This document shows, one piece after another, positions 9,631 through 19,413 of a stretch of 64,000 nucleotides of DNA. Position numbers and translations under genes: made by a program. Location: contig JAQWLM010000067.1 of the NCBI GenBank assembly GCA_029247315.1, positions 465 to 64,464 of the forward strand, written 5' to 3'. The DNA comes from Verrucomicrobiota bacterium (lineage in GTDB: Bacteria; Verrucomicrobiota; Verrucomicrobiia; Limisphaerales; AAA164-E04). The notes under the pieces are model-generated. The model worked only from the letters and a program-made list of their open reading frames with translations. It was not told where the DNA came from and made no database searches. The number at the start of each line of letters is the position of its first letter. The stretch's first letter is position 1.

Positions 9631-10767
9631 TCAGCTGGGCCAGTTTTCCAGCATATGGATCAAGTCCTCCATGGATGGGCTTTTGCCAGAGCGCACATAG
9701 AATCCACTGGTAGTGACGCCGGTGACGAGGGATTCCTGATGGCTGAGTCCCATCAGTCTTCCAAGGCAGAATCCGGCATTGAAGTGATCTCCCGCACCCG
9801 TGGTGATGACTGGATTAGGGATGAATGGTCCGTTTGCGTCAACCACCTGAACGCCATCTGAAGCCAGTGCATAACGTACTGGATGCACCACGATAGTATC
9901 CACACTGATTTGTTGATGCAGCTTGGCGACCAGGTCCATCAGTGCCTCTCTGGTGTCATGTGAGGCGTGTAAATCCAACACTTCGCCGATCTCATGTGCC
10001 TCCTTCTCGTTCAGTCCCAAGGTGACAGAAAAGTGCGATTGAAAACCTGCGATCAGGCGCAGGGCCTTCAGAATGTCTCCTTTAGGTCGTTTTTGCGGGT
10101 CACAAAGGTCAAAGAAAATGCCCTTACGCGCGTGTTTTTCAGGGGGTGCCTGCTGGGACAGGATCTCACTTTGCACCTTGTCCCAGATCTCACTCATGAA
10201 GGGCATCATTGTCCAGTTCACAAAAGCCACCAGATCGGAATCATTCAGGAGGGCTGTGAAGGTTTCCTTTCCCATGCGCTCAATGATGTTTTTCCAGCAC
10301 ATGTCATTCAGGGGCGTGAGTTTGCCCATCAACAGTTTTCCGTCCTGGAATTCGTAAGCGTCTGTATGTCCCGGGTTGGCGACGCTGTAAACCTTGCTGG
10401 CCTTGTCAGCCAAGGGTTCAAATACTGGGTGCTGGGCTGGGTAGCCGAGTGCCCCCAGGTAGGTGACCTGGGTGCCCGCCTTTGCCATGGCATTGGCCAT
10501 GATGGGGCCGTTTCCACCCAGCTTGACCCGTTGGGTGACCAATTCAAGGTTGGTGCTGCGACCGGCAGCCTCCCCGATGCGGTTCGAAAAACCCTGGATG
10601 GTGGTAATGCGTTCGAAGTGCTCGACATCCATACGTGTATCGACGACGTGAAGGATTTCGTCCACAAACCCGTCCAGTCCAATAAAGGCCCGTTTTGCCT
10701 GCACCAGGTGTTGCTTCTCACGCAGGGATTGGGCAACGCACTGCCGAATCGTATTCTGATCACTCAT
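9631..10767 (-). CDS. PfkB-family carbohydrate kinase
   Basis: 378-aa ORF with the PfkB C-terminal signature ..TTGAGDHFNAGFCLG... Its start lies 7 nt after the parB stop. Confidence 0.7.
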   Translation of the reverse strand: MSDQNTIRQCVAQSLREKQHLVQAKRAFIGLDGFVDEILHVVDTRMDVEHFERITTIQGFSNRIGEAAGRSTNLELVTQRVKLGGNGPIMANAMAKAGTQVTYLGALGYPAQHPVFEPLADKASKVYSVANPGHTDAYEFQDGKLLMGKLTPLNDMCWKNIIERMGKETFTALLNDSDLVAFVNWTMMPFMSEIWDKVQSEILSQQAPPEKHARKGIFFDLCDPQKRPKGDILKALRLIAGFQSHFSVTLGLNEKEAHEIGEVLDLHASHDTREALMDLVAKLHQQISVDTIVVHPVRYALASDGVQVVDANGPFIPNPVITTGAGDHFNAGFCLGRLMGLSHQESLVTGVTTSGFYVRSGKSPSMEDLIHMLENWPS

Positions 10768-10773
10768 GCCTTG

Positions 10774-11724
10774 TCAGTCGGCTGAGATACCAATATCGGC
10801 CAGGATCTTCTCCAGTTCATCATGAGAAAAAAATCGAATCTGCAGGGAACCCTTGCCTTTTTGGTATTTTAAACGGACTTTTGTATTGAATTTTTCAATC
10901 AAGCGTTGTTCCAGATGAGCCACGTGGACATCTTTTTCCTCATGGCGAGGGGCTGGCATGACGCTAGAAATCGGGGTTTCCTCCTTCTTTTGATGGATTT
11001 CACTGACAAGGGATTCTGTTTGTCGCACACTCAGCCCATCTTTGAGGACCCGCTGGGCGATGCTCATCATGAGTTGGCCTGTGCCGAGCCCAAGCAATAC
11101 CTTGGCATGTCCCACACTGAGCTTTCCTTCCCTGAGCATTTCTTGAACCTTGTCAGGAAGCTTTAACAAGCGAAGGGCATTTGCCACGGCAGCGCGACTT
11201 TTACCTACTTTGACTGCAGTTTCCTCCTGTTTGAGTTGGAATTGCTGTATCAGTTGCTGGTAACCAAGCGCCTCTTCGATTGGGTTCAGGTTTTCCCGTT
11301 GCAGGTTCTCGATGAGGGCGAGTTCGAGGACTTCCCGGTCAGTTGCCTCGCGTATGATGATCGGCACGTCCTTCAGTCCAGCTTCCTGGGAGGCTCTCCA
11401 GCGTCTTTCCCCGGCAATCAATTCCCAGTGGTCACTTTTTCTACGCACCACCAGCGGCTGGATCAGGCCCTGTTCCCGTATCGAGTCCGTCAGTTCTTCC
11501 AGAGCCATTGGTTCGAAATGGCGTCGCGGCTGAAATGGGCATGGTCTGATATCCTCAATGGGCAAATATTTTGGCGAAAGATTTGTTTCCTTCACGAATC
11601 CATCTGCCTGGAGTGGAGGATAGCTTACAGGCTCCCGGGGTGTTTCCGGTTGCGTGTGCTTGGCAGGTGGTGTGGCTCCGCCGAGTAGAGCTCCCAGACC
11701 TCTGCCCAAAGGCGTCTTAGACAT
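10774..11724 (-). CDS. parB: ParB/Spo0J chromosome partitioning protein
   Basis: Motifs MSKTPLGRGLGALLGG, ..IQPLVVRR..WELIAGERRWRASQEAGL..VPIIIRE, and a helix-turn-helix region. The internal ATG at 11724 is preferred over the ORF start at 11751. Confidence 0.9.
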   Translation of the reverse strand: MSKTPLGRGLGALLGGATPPAKHTQPETPREPVSYPPLQADGFVKETNLSPKYLPIEDIRPCPFQPRRHFEPMALEELTDSIREQGLIQPLVVRRKSDHWELIAGERRWRASQEAGLKDVPIIIREATDREVLELALIENLQRENLNPIEEALGYQQLIQQFQLKQEETAVKVGKSRAAVANALRLLKLPDKVQEMLREGKLSVGHAKVLLGLGTGQLMMSIAQRVLKDGLSVRQTESLVSEIHQKKEETPISSVMPAPRHEEKDVHVAHLEQRLIEKFNTKVRLKYQKGKGSLQIRFFSHDELEKILADIGISAD

Positions 11725-11814
11725 GGATTCACCTTGGGAGACCAAGGGCATGTTGTCAAGAGGCTCGCCCCTCCTGCTTTGAATTTTTAGAGGAATAGTC
11801 TATAGGTGTGTCAC

Positions 11815-12243
11815 ATGGTAGACAAAAAAGAACGGATGCGGCATTTTGCAAAGACATTCAAGGATTGTGGAGATTGGGACCCTCGTTACTGGGGCTACTT
11901 CATCACATTCAATGAGAGTCGCTTCTATGAGGCTCATGATATCCTTGAAGACCTTTGGCTCGAGTGTCGACGCATGCCTTTGGATGCTTTCTACAAGTCC
12001 CTGATTCAGTTGGCTGGTGCCTTTGTGCATCTGGAAAAAAAACGTTACCGTCCTGCAGGTGCGCTCTTCAAACTCTGTCAAGGTTACCTGAGACCCTACG
12101 GAGATTCCTGTGAAGGACTCGCATTGGGCGAAATACATGACCTGATAGACTGCTGGGCCGATCATACTGCGTTCGCCCAAGTCGATGGCCCCTGCTTGCT
12201 TGAATGTTTTGAAAAACCAAGCCTGCAGATGCCTGGAGCCTGA
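11815..12243 (+). CDS. DUF309 domain protein
   Basis: ..FNESRFYEAHDILEDLW.. and ..LIQLAGAFVHLEK.. are typical DUF309 motifs. The ORF opens at a GTG at 11806, with the first ATG at 11815. Confidence 0.7.
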   Translation: MVDKKERMRHFAKTFKDCGDWDPRYWGYFITFNESRFYEAHDILEDLWLECRRMPLDAFYKSLIQLAGAFVHLEKKRYRPAGALFKLCQGYLRPYGDSCEGLALGEIHDLIDCWADHTAFAQVDGPCLLECFEKPSLQMPGA

Positions 12244-12476
12244 TATTCACAAGTAACATGCATGGCAGCAGTCCTATGCATCCAAAATATGGCGGGCCTT
12301 CCATGATCGAGAGTCATCCTCATGGGCCCTGAATCACGTGTCCGGTAATGATGCTTGCTGGGGTGTTTCAACCCATGCTAAGAGAGTTTTTTGGAGACGA
12401 AACCAACAAACCCTTTGGATTCAGCGATCGTCACTTGGGTGTGCCTGAAGGGATAGGTAACAGTGTCCGGCCTTGA

Positions 12477-13202
12477 TCAAAGCAGCCTCTCCATGGGGAA
12501 AATCACGACATCGATGGATTTTGAAAAAAGGATTTTTGGTGAAAATGCCTTCGCCTCCATTCCATCCAGCAGCGTGTTTTCCTTGATGGAAAGATTGCAT
12601 TTTTCCAATCCCCATCTGGGATGGTGTATTTCGGTGCGGTAAAGGCCTCCCGATCCGCTTTGACTGTAAAGACAGTAGCGCTCTGTGGCCCACCATTCGA
12701 AGGAATTCCGTTCAGTCTCGAAGGTTTCCGTTGGCTCATATTCAGCGTAAAAACGGTGGTGGTTTCGACGGTGGATGCAGGTGTAGCAGTTCTCTTTTTG
12801 TTCAATATGCAGTGCTGCCATGTGGTAGGGGAGATGATAAAGGGCTCTCGCCAGGCAGACGGCTAGAAGTTTAGGCACGTCCAGGCTGAAGAACCATACA
12901 CCGGGTTTGTCCTTATACCTCACGTAGGTTCGAACGTTGATCTCAGGAAAATCCCGGATCCAGCTTGGTGATGGCAGGCCCCGTCGTTTGATGGCATTCA
13001 TATCGAACGGCACAATGCCAATCCAGGCCTTCCCATCAAAAAGATCCACCTCCAAGGCGCTTGGAATCCTGTCCCGGATCCATTGAGGATCGATCTGCCA
13101 ATGGACAAAAAGTAGATTTTTCCATGATTGCTGGATGACCCATGGACGCTTTGGCAGGGGCCATGGACGATGAGTGACCTGTTTAAATGTGGGATGCTGC
13201 AT
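12477..13202 (-). CDS. DUF2071 (YqjF-like) family protein
   Basis: ..RPWVIQQSWKNLLFVHW..GIVPFDM.. matches DUF2071. The ORF opens with TTG at 13214, with the first ATG at 13202. Confidence 0.7.
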   Translation of the reverse strand: MQHPTFKQVTHRPWPLPKRPWVIQQSWKNLLFVHWQIDPQWIRDRIPSALEVDLFDGKAWIGIVPFDMNAIKRRGLPSPSWIRDFPEINVRTYVRYKDKPGVWFFSLDVPKLLAVCLARALYHLPYHMAALHIEQKENCYTCIHRRNHHRFYAEYEPTETFETERNSFEWWATERYCLYSQSGSGGLYRTEIHHPRWGLEKCNLSIKENTLLDGMEAKAFSPKILFSKSIDVVIFPMERLL

Positions 13203-13352
13203 AAAGCGGCTCAAGTTGCATATATTGCTTGGTTACAGGCTGTCGAAGCCCTGAAAGGTAACCTTCCATGGTCTTGTCCGTTTGGAAAACGTTTTCTGGT
13301 TTAACCCTTTGACTGGAAGTGCAGCTCCTGGCAAAAAAATGGAATTTGGGAC

Positions 13353-13622
13353 TTACACCTCATCCAGAGCTTCACTTGCATCTCCAAAGGAAGGCAATGA
13401 CATGCCAAACTTATCCATGATGGAAAGGTAAAGACGGCACATTTGCCTGTTTGGCTTGTCACGATAGTTCAGGATGCGTCCCCCCTTGATGCGTCCTCCA
13501 CCCCCCCCCATCAGGAGGACCGGTAGTTGTGTGGCGTTGTGTCCCCCAGTGAGCATGCTTGAACAGAATAAGAGGATGGAGTTGTCCAGCAGGGTGCGAT
13601 CGCCCTCCTGCACTGCATTCAT
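13353..13622 (-). CDS. DUF1552 domain protein, C-terminal fragment (same frame as 13701-14660)
   Basis: ..EGDRTLLDNSILLFCSSM..LPVLLMGGGGGRIKGGR..LYLSIMDKFGM..FGDAS.. is the conserved DUF1552 C-terminus. The 26 codons between the TGA and this ATG are open and in frame. Confidence 0.7.
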   Translation of the reverse strand: MNAVQEGDRTLLDNSILLFCSSMLTGGHNATQLPVLLMGGGGGRIKGGRILNYRDKPNRQMCRLYLSIMDKFGMSLPSFGDASEALDEV

Positions 13623-13700
13623 GCGTTCGCAGAGGTAGGCGAGTTGTTCCAGGAAGAAGCGATTGACCTTGAGCCAGTCCTCGGTGTCGCTGTGGGATAG

Positions 13701-14660
13701 TCAATGGTGGATCATGTAATCAACACCCAGGTGTGGAAAGCGCAGGGAACTGTGATCATTGTTTAGTTTGAGGGTGCAGACGCGCGTGGTATCTGTCTGA
13801 AATCCCAAGAGCATGATGTCGCACATGAGCCTCATGTGTTCAGCTATATTCTGGGGAATACCATCAGCGGGACGTGGACGATCAGGCTCATGCAGGGTTG
13901 GGCGCCAACCCTGCATCTCACCACGCATGCCGGCGTTTTCAATCCGCCGCTCTACCTCTCGCACCGAGTTCAGATACTCGTCCAGTTTTTGCTGGTCGCG
14001 CAGGCTGATCTTGCGCCGGAAGGAATGCGCCTCCCCAAGCACAGCGTCCAGCACACTTCGATCCCCCTGGCTGAGGGTATCCTTGAAGAGTCTGTCAAAC
14101 GCCAGGGCGGGATAGAGCTCCAGGGGAGTGGGTGAGGTCGGGGAAGTCCACGAGATGTGAGAGCTGTAGAGCATGGAATAATTCTTGTGGACCGAGGGAT
14201 TGGATTTTTCGCAGCCAAGGACCATGCTTGGAACCTTCGTGCGAAAGCCAAGGCTTTGTGCAACCATCTGGTCAACGCTCGTGCCGGATCGAATTTCACC
14301 ACCTGAGGCCAATGGAGCTCCTGACAACAGATTGCCAGTCTGTGAACTATGGATATTGCCTTTCAGGGCCTCTGCATTGTAGAGGCCTTGAATGAAAAGC
14401 ATTTTGTCGCGATAGGGTTGCAGGGGTTCAAGGACTCGCCCCAGATGCATGCCATCGCTTTCCATGCGGGCACTCCACTCGCGGCTGTGAAATCCGTTTC
14501 CCGAGAACAAGACTCCCAGTCTGATGGGAGCCTGAGGGAGTTTTGAGGGTGCCGACGCTGTTTCTCCCCAGATGTGGACGGATTCCAGCCATGGAAGGGC
14601 CATCGTGACCCCTGTACCGCGCAGGAAGGTGCGGCGTGAAAAGCTTGCGTGACGTTTCAT
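13701..14660 (-). CDS. DUF1552 domain protein, N-terminal 319 codons, ending at an in-frame TGA (see findings)
   Basis: Tat-like signal SRRTFLRGTGVTMALPWLES. The family body runs up to ..LRFPHLGVDYMIHH, then TGA at 13701-13703. Lies 60 nt downstream of the partner DUF1592-series gene. Confidence 0.8.
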   Translation of the reverse strand: MKRHASFSRRTFLRGTGVTMALPWLESVHIWGETASAPSKLPQAPIRLGVLFSGNGFHSREWSARMESDGMHLGRVLEPLQPYRDKMLFIQGLYNAEALKGNIHSSQTGNLLSGAPLASGGEIRSGTSVDQMVAQSLGFRTKVPSMVLGCEKSNPSVHKNYSMLYSSHISWTSPTSPTPLELYPALAFDRLFKDTLSQGDRSVLDAVLGEAHSFRRKISLRDQQKLDEYLNSVREVERRIENAGMRGEMQGWRPTLHEPDRPRPADGIPQNIAEHMRLMCDIMLLGFQTDTTRVCTLKLNNDHSSLRFPHLGVDYMIHH

Positions 14661-14719
14661 GGTAATGTCTGGTTTTTGAATCCTTGGCTGGCTGAATCAT
14701 CCTGCCTTCAACCGGGGCT

Positions 14720-17700
14720 CTATTCAATGTCTCTTTCCCCACGGCCTCGAATAAAACGGAATTGCTTGCTGAGAACAATCTCCTCGAAAGCTGCCCCGAC
14801 ACGGTAATGCTCGGATTCCAATCGTTTTTGTATGCTGTCCAGTAGTGGTCGATCCGAAAGAATGATCGATCGGCCCAGTGCATATCCAAGTAGTTTTTTG
14901 CAGAATTGCCTGATTAATCGGTCGCGTTTGTCTCGAATGAGGTAATTCCGCAGTGCAGCAGCATCTTCAATATGAGTGCCATCCCAGAGGACCGTCTTTG
15001 TATTGACCGTTCGATCAGCAAGATCCGTCAATCTCGATCGCCCAATGGCATCATAGGCTTCCAGTGCATAGCCATATGGGTCGATGCGTTGGTGGCACCC
15101 GGCACATTTCGGATTGCGGGTGTGCGCCTCGGTCATTTCGCGAATGGTCATCGTCTGGTTGCGTTCCTCCTCTGGTAATGGTGGTACGTCGGCAGGGGGT
15201 TTGGGAAGAGGTTCTCCCAGCAATGTCTCCGCAATCCAGTTGCCTCGTAAAATGGGGCTGGTGCGTGAGGCTCCCGCATGTTTCGAAAGCGTTGCCGCGA
15301 AGCCAAGGACGCCTCCTCGCCCATAAACCTGGATACCCTCTGTTTTGTGCCAACCGTCCTCGTCAGGTGGTGGTATGTCATAATGTCGGGCGAGTGCCTT
15401 GTTTAAAAAGGTATGATCTGCTTGCCAAATATCGAGCAATGAGCCATCGCTTCGGAACAAATGAGTGAAAAAGCGGAGCACTTCTTCCAGCATATCCCCC
15501 CTCAGTGATTCGAATGAGGGGTACTTCCGTTGGTTCTTTTCGTCGAATGATTCAAAATCATAAAGATGCAACCAGGCAGTGGCAAATTCCCTTGAAAGCC
15601 GATGCACCCTTGGATCCAGTAGCATGCGGCGTGTTTGCTCCTGAAGGACCTCGGTTTGCGACAAGTCGCCTGCCCTTGCTCTGGCTAGAAGAGTTTGATC
15701 AGGTCCAGAGGACCAGAGAAAATAACTGAGTCTGGAGGCCAGTTCCCAGTCATTAACCTTTTCCGGTTTGGGTCCTGAAGGGGCTTCTTCCAGGTGATAA
15801 AGAAAGTGAGGGGAAACAATAACACGTGTCAGGACGGCCTGGATGGCTTCCTCGTGCTTTAGTTCCCGGGTGCGTAATACATTGTAAAGTTTGTGGAATG
15901 CCTGTGTTTCAGTTTCCCGGAGGGGGCGGCGATAGGCTTTTTCTGCAAATACGAGCAGGGCGTCCATGTGCCGGGTCTGTGATTGTTCGAGTAGTTCCCT
16001 GAATGCTGATGCGCGTTTCAGGATAGGATCTTTAAGGGGTTCGAAAACTGAGGGGTCGGCGTCCTGGGTGGCATATTGCCACAATTGCTCATAGGCATCG
16101 ACCTGCGTGAGGGCATCCCGGCTGATGAAGTGAAGTTCCTCCCAGAGTCGATCCAGGCGTTCACATTCATCCCTGTTCAGCATCAGGTTTTTCAGGTGCG
16201 CATCCTCCCGGTAATAAAGGGTCAAGGTGACTACTTCGTCGACAGGAACAATTTTTGTATAGCACAACGCCGAAGGGAAGAGCTCTCGGAAATCATTGAA
16301 GTGGTCTTGCATGCGTCCATAGGTGTGGCTCCCTGGGTTTGCAATGATGGAGGGGAGGTGTTGTGTTTCATCGTCCATTTCAAATCGTTTTGCCAGGGAG
16401 GAGGGAGTGACAAGGGGCGTTGAAACCGGCATGGAGGGTTGAGCTGAGACGCTCAATTGCAGGGAGTCTCCCTTCATTCCGGTATCATGAAGTCTGCCGG
16501 TGACCCGCCACTCAGCGTCCTTCATCCATTCAAAATCCGCTTCCATGACGATTCTCGAGGGTACCGTCGCGACCAGATTATCTGAGTCATGCATGAAATG
16601 CATATCCTGGGTAATTGGAGGGTTCGTTTTTCCATCCTGTCCTTCGTCGGTCAACAGGGTGATTCGAACCATTGAGTTCTCCGCGTGTTGCTCCAGTTTA
16701 TCCAGGGTGTGGATTTGATCTGGCAGGTGGGATAGCAGCGGACTGGTGAAATGGGTGAGGGTGGCCTGAAGTTTTTTGTCGGCGGGATGCATGGGGTCGA
16801 TGCGCATTTCCAGGAGATCCTGGATCGAATGAGCCAGCTTATCGCGCTCCTCCCTATCCCGACTCTTGATCCACTGGTCCAGCATGGAACCATCCGGAAT
16901 GTGTTGGATTGCCTCCGGGGTATGGAGGGGTGCCTCAAAAAAATGCCAAACCCCCTGATTGCCCGCAGCGTCTGGGTGTGGGTTGTCCGCGAGAATGTTG
17001 TTTGCGATATCGCGCCTCAGGTTCCATACGTGAGTGGGATCGTCGTGATTTGTCAGCGTCAAGTCGATATCCGTGAGGTCACAGGCATGGTTCCGATGAT
17101 CAGGGCCGATGCGCAGAGTGATGAAATCACCTTTCTTGATTGAGATCATTTCATTAACTGTGAACGGCACTCCTTGGCTGCCATCTGAGTGGCCTCGGCT
17201 CAGGAATCTCTGTTGGTGACCTCGCTGCCAGGCCACAGACCAGGTGGTTCCGTTTCCACATTCGGGATGGGCATCCAAGATTCGACCGCTTATGTCCAAG
17301 CGTCCGTTGATAGGACTTTTCCATCCAACACCAACCTGGAGCATTGGACTGGGATGTACCGCTACAGCACCTGGTGGCATGTTGCCCGGAATACGAACAT
17401 GGGTATTTGAGGCGTTTGCTAGAATGGATGGGGTATCCTGGCTACCCCATCCCTGGATGAATGCATAGCCGGAGGTGGAAGGTATTTTCTGGGTGAACAG
17501 ATGGTCTCCGGGTTCAACGCTTTCTTCACGTCCAAGGAATCTGAGCCAGGCCTTGAGGATTTGAGGTTCTATAGCCTGTCCTGCCGTTAAGTCCGCTGAG
17601 TCCATGTTTGAATGTGCCTCCCATGATACCGAGTTTATGCGTTTCAGGCATGCGGCTGTTTTTTCCAGTAACAGGGCAAGTTGCAGGTTTCGATTTTTGG

Positions 17701-19036
17701 TAAAAGAGGCCAGCTTGGAAATGGGGATTTCTGGCAGGTTAGGGAATGCCAGGCGTGGTTGCTCCCACAAGACCTTACTTTCTGTTTCCCCCTCAAGCAT
17801 CTTCACAGCTTCCAGGTAAAGCGGTTTCGGTTTACCGTTTGCATCCAAGGTGACCGGGACGCGAAAGTCCTGTCGAGTGTGAATGGGTTCAACTGGTTCC
17901 ATCCATGATTTAGGGCCGTTTAACTTGCCGATATGCCCCACTTGATTGAATTTCCAAAGAGAGGCCTGCCATCCAATGACGTTGCGTATCAGTGCATCGA
18001 TATCCTTCCGATTTGGTTTGGCCTCCTGAAACAGGTGACGCAATGCTGCATGAAGGGGGGAGCGATCACGGGCGTGAAGCATGTCCCAAAGTTTTGCAAG
18101 GTATCGTGAACTCAGACCCTCACGTTCGGCTTGGCGCGTAAACGCCTTGGTCAGTTCCGGCTTGGATGGGTTGGGTGGCAATGTTTCACGTATGGCAAGA
18201 AGGCTGCTCCAGTAGGCCCGCAGAGGAAGTCTCCCTCCCTGATTGGTATGAAAGACAATCCCCTGCAGATTGACCTCATGGGCACCTCCTTCCTCAGTAT
18301 ATTTCGCATACAGGGTCCGAATGTTCGCAAGGATTTCATCGGTCCTGTCACGCGGCGTGATATTTTCCGAGAAACGTATTCCATCGGGAAGCAATACGGC
18401 GTGGGTCGCGATTTCCTTGCCGGCCTCAAGGTATTTTGCCATCAATGCAGGGGACATGACCAGAGACTGGCCTGTGTTCATGAACCCCTCACCTGCCGCA
18501 CTGTCGGGTGGAAAAAGCCTTGCAGGTTCCAGGGACTGAATACCGGTCAGATCGCGAAGGGTATATGTTAGTTCCGCATTGTTCAGTCGGCTCAGCACGA
18601 CAGGACCCGGATCGCCTGCCGTCCTGATGGCGATCACCTCCAGGCTACGATTTACCCAAAGGATCAATTCCTGCCTTTCCTTGGCATTCGGTTGCGGTTT
18701 GTCCTTGGGAGGCATTTCGCCCAGTTCCACCTGCTGGAGAATTTTTTCCCATACCTCTGGTTCCTTGAGTGCCGACTCAAGGGTGTTGAATTGTTCCAGG
18801 TCCAGGTCACCCTTGCTGCGCAGGGTGGAGTGGCAATCCAGGCAATATGCCTCGATCAGTGGCCGAATTCTGTTCTCGTAGACTGGGGTGGCGGTATCCG
18901 CCATGGTATTGATTGATGCCACACTTGCCCACAGAAGTAGCACGCTGACGATCAAGGAAAGGCGTTTCCTTATTCCCAGGTATCGTGTGTTCTTGATAGA
19001 GGCATCCGCGGTATGACAGAGACTGGATTGTTTCAT
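14720..19036 (-). CDS. Large DUF1587/DUF1592/DUF1595/DUF1588/DUF1585-series protein with planctomycete-type cytochrome c motif
   Basis: Motifs CLDCHS (CxxCH) after a signal/TM segment, ..RLNNAELTYTLRDLTG.., ..AYRRPL.., ..VSPHFLYHLE.., ..ELASRLSYFLWSSGPD.., and CAGCHQRIDPYGYALE. The ORF opens at 19183. The ATG at 19036 (MKQSS..) precedes the hydrophobic segment. Confidence 0.85.
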   Translation of the reverse strand: MKQSSLCHTADASIKNTRYLGIRKRLSLIVSVLLLWASVASINTMADTATPVYENRIRPLIEAYCLDCHSTLRSKGDLDLEQFNTLESALKEPEVWEKILQQVELGEMPPKDKPQPNAKERQELILWVNRSLEVIAIRTAGDPGPVVLSRLNNAELTYTLRDLTGIQSLEPARLFPPDSAAGEGFMNTGQSLVMSPALMAKYLEAGKEIATHAVLLPDGIRFSENITPRDRTDEILANIRTLYAKYTEEGGAHEVNLQGIVFHTNQGGRLPLRAYWSSLLAIRETLPPNPSKPELTKAFTRQAEREGLSSRYLAKLWDMLHARDRSPLHAALRHLFQEAKPNRKDIDALIRNVIGWQASLWKFNQVGHIGKLNGPKSWMEPVEPIHTRQDFRVPVTLDANGKPKPLYLEAVKMLEGETESKVLWEQPRLAFPNLPEIPISKLASFTKNRNLQLALLLEKTAACLKRINSVSWEAHSNMDSADLTAGQAIEPQILKAWLRFLGREESVEPGDHLFTQKIPSTSGYAFIQGWGSQDTPSILANASNTHVRIPGNMPPGAVAVHPSPMLQVGVGWKSPINGRLDISGRILDAHPECGNGTTWSVAWQRGHQQRFLSRGHSDGSQGVPFTVNEMISIKKGDFITLRIGPDHRNHACDLTDIDLTLTNHDDPTHVWNLRRDIANNILADNPHPDAAGNQGVWHFFEAPLHTPEAIQHIPDGSMLDQWIKSRDREERDKLAHSIQDLLEMRIDPMHPADKKLQATLTHFTSPLLSHLPDQIHTLDKLEQHAENSMVRITLLTDEGQDGKTNPPITQDMHFMHDSDNLVATVPSRIVMEADFEWMKDAEWRVTGRLHDTGMKGDSLQLSVSAQPSMPVSTPLVTPSSLAKRFEMDDETQHLPSIIANPGSHTYGRMQDHFNDFRELFPSALCYTKIVPVDEVVTLTLYYREDAHLKNLMLNRDECERLDRLWEELHFISRDALTQVDAYEQLWQYATQDADPSVFEPLKDPILKRASAFRELLEQSQTRHMDALLVFAEKAYRRPLRETETQAFHKLYNVLRTRELKHEEAIQAVLTRVIVSPHFLYHLEEAPSGPKPEKVNDWELASRLSYFLWSSGPDQTLLARARAGDLSQTEVLQEQTRRMLLDPRVHRLSREFATAWLHLYDFESFDEKNQRKYPSFESLRGDMLEEVLRFFTHLFRSDGSLLDIWQADHTFLNKALARHYDIPPPDEDGWHKTEGIQVYGRGGVLGFAATLSKHAGASRTSPILRGNWIAETLLGEPLPKPPADVPPLPEEERNQTMTIREMTEAHTRNPKCAGCHQRIDPYGYALEAYDAIGRSRLTDLADRTVNTKTVLWDGTHIEDAAALRNYLIRDKRDRLIRQFCKKLLGYALGRSIILSDRPLLDSIQKRLESEHYRVGAAFEEIVLSKQFRFIRGRGERDIE

Positions 19037-19413
19037 ATTCTTCCCAGTGACATGAAAACGGGGTGTAACAAGTTGTGAACCAATGGCTTCGCTAGCACAT
19101 GCTGGACTTCCATGACAAAATGTGGCGTGGACGGCATCATCAGATCCGAATCCGTTTAAATGTTGGTTGCTGGGAAACTTCATACGTCATGGGGGAGCTG
19201 ATACATCGGAAATAGGATGTATTGTTCAAGTGTGCAAGGTAATTCCTATGCAGCATATGCGCGCTTGGCTCCATACCTTCTCGGGTCGAGGTGCATTTTT
19301 GTCAGAAGCACACAGGATATCATTCCGTTTGATGGGTTCTGCAATGAGAGTCCGATCTTCATGGCAGATTCTTTCTTGAACATCTGGCAGGCAAGGGATG
19401 AAGATGGTTTGGT

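Noticed and set aside
9994-10785. 263-aa ORF on the plus strand
   Set aside because: It is antisense to the PfkB kinase, which carries the GAGDHFNAG signature. It has no motifs and is a typical shadow ORF.
10900-12340. parS-like sites around parB (CACGTG cores near 10915 and 12330)
   Set aside because: Each matches the TGTTNCACGTGAAACA consensus at only about half the positions outside the CACGTG core.
13658-13691. Hairpin after the in-frame TGA as a SECIS element
   Set aside because: The structure has only 11 base pairs in three short helices with internal loops. Stems like this arise by chance in GC-moderate coding sequence. No Sec machinery genes are in the window, and the TGA column is not known to me as a Cys position. 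I mention it but do not call it.
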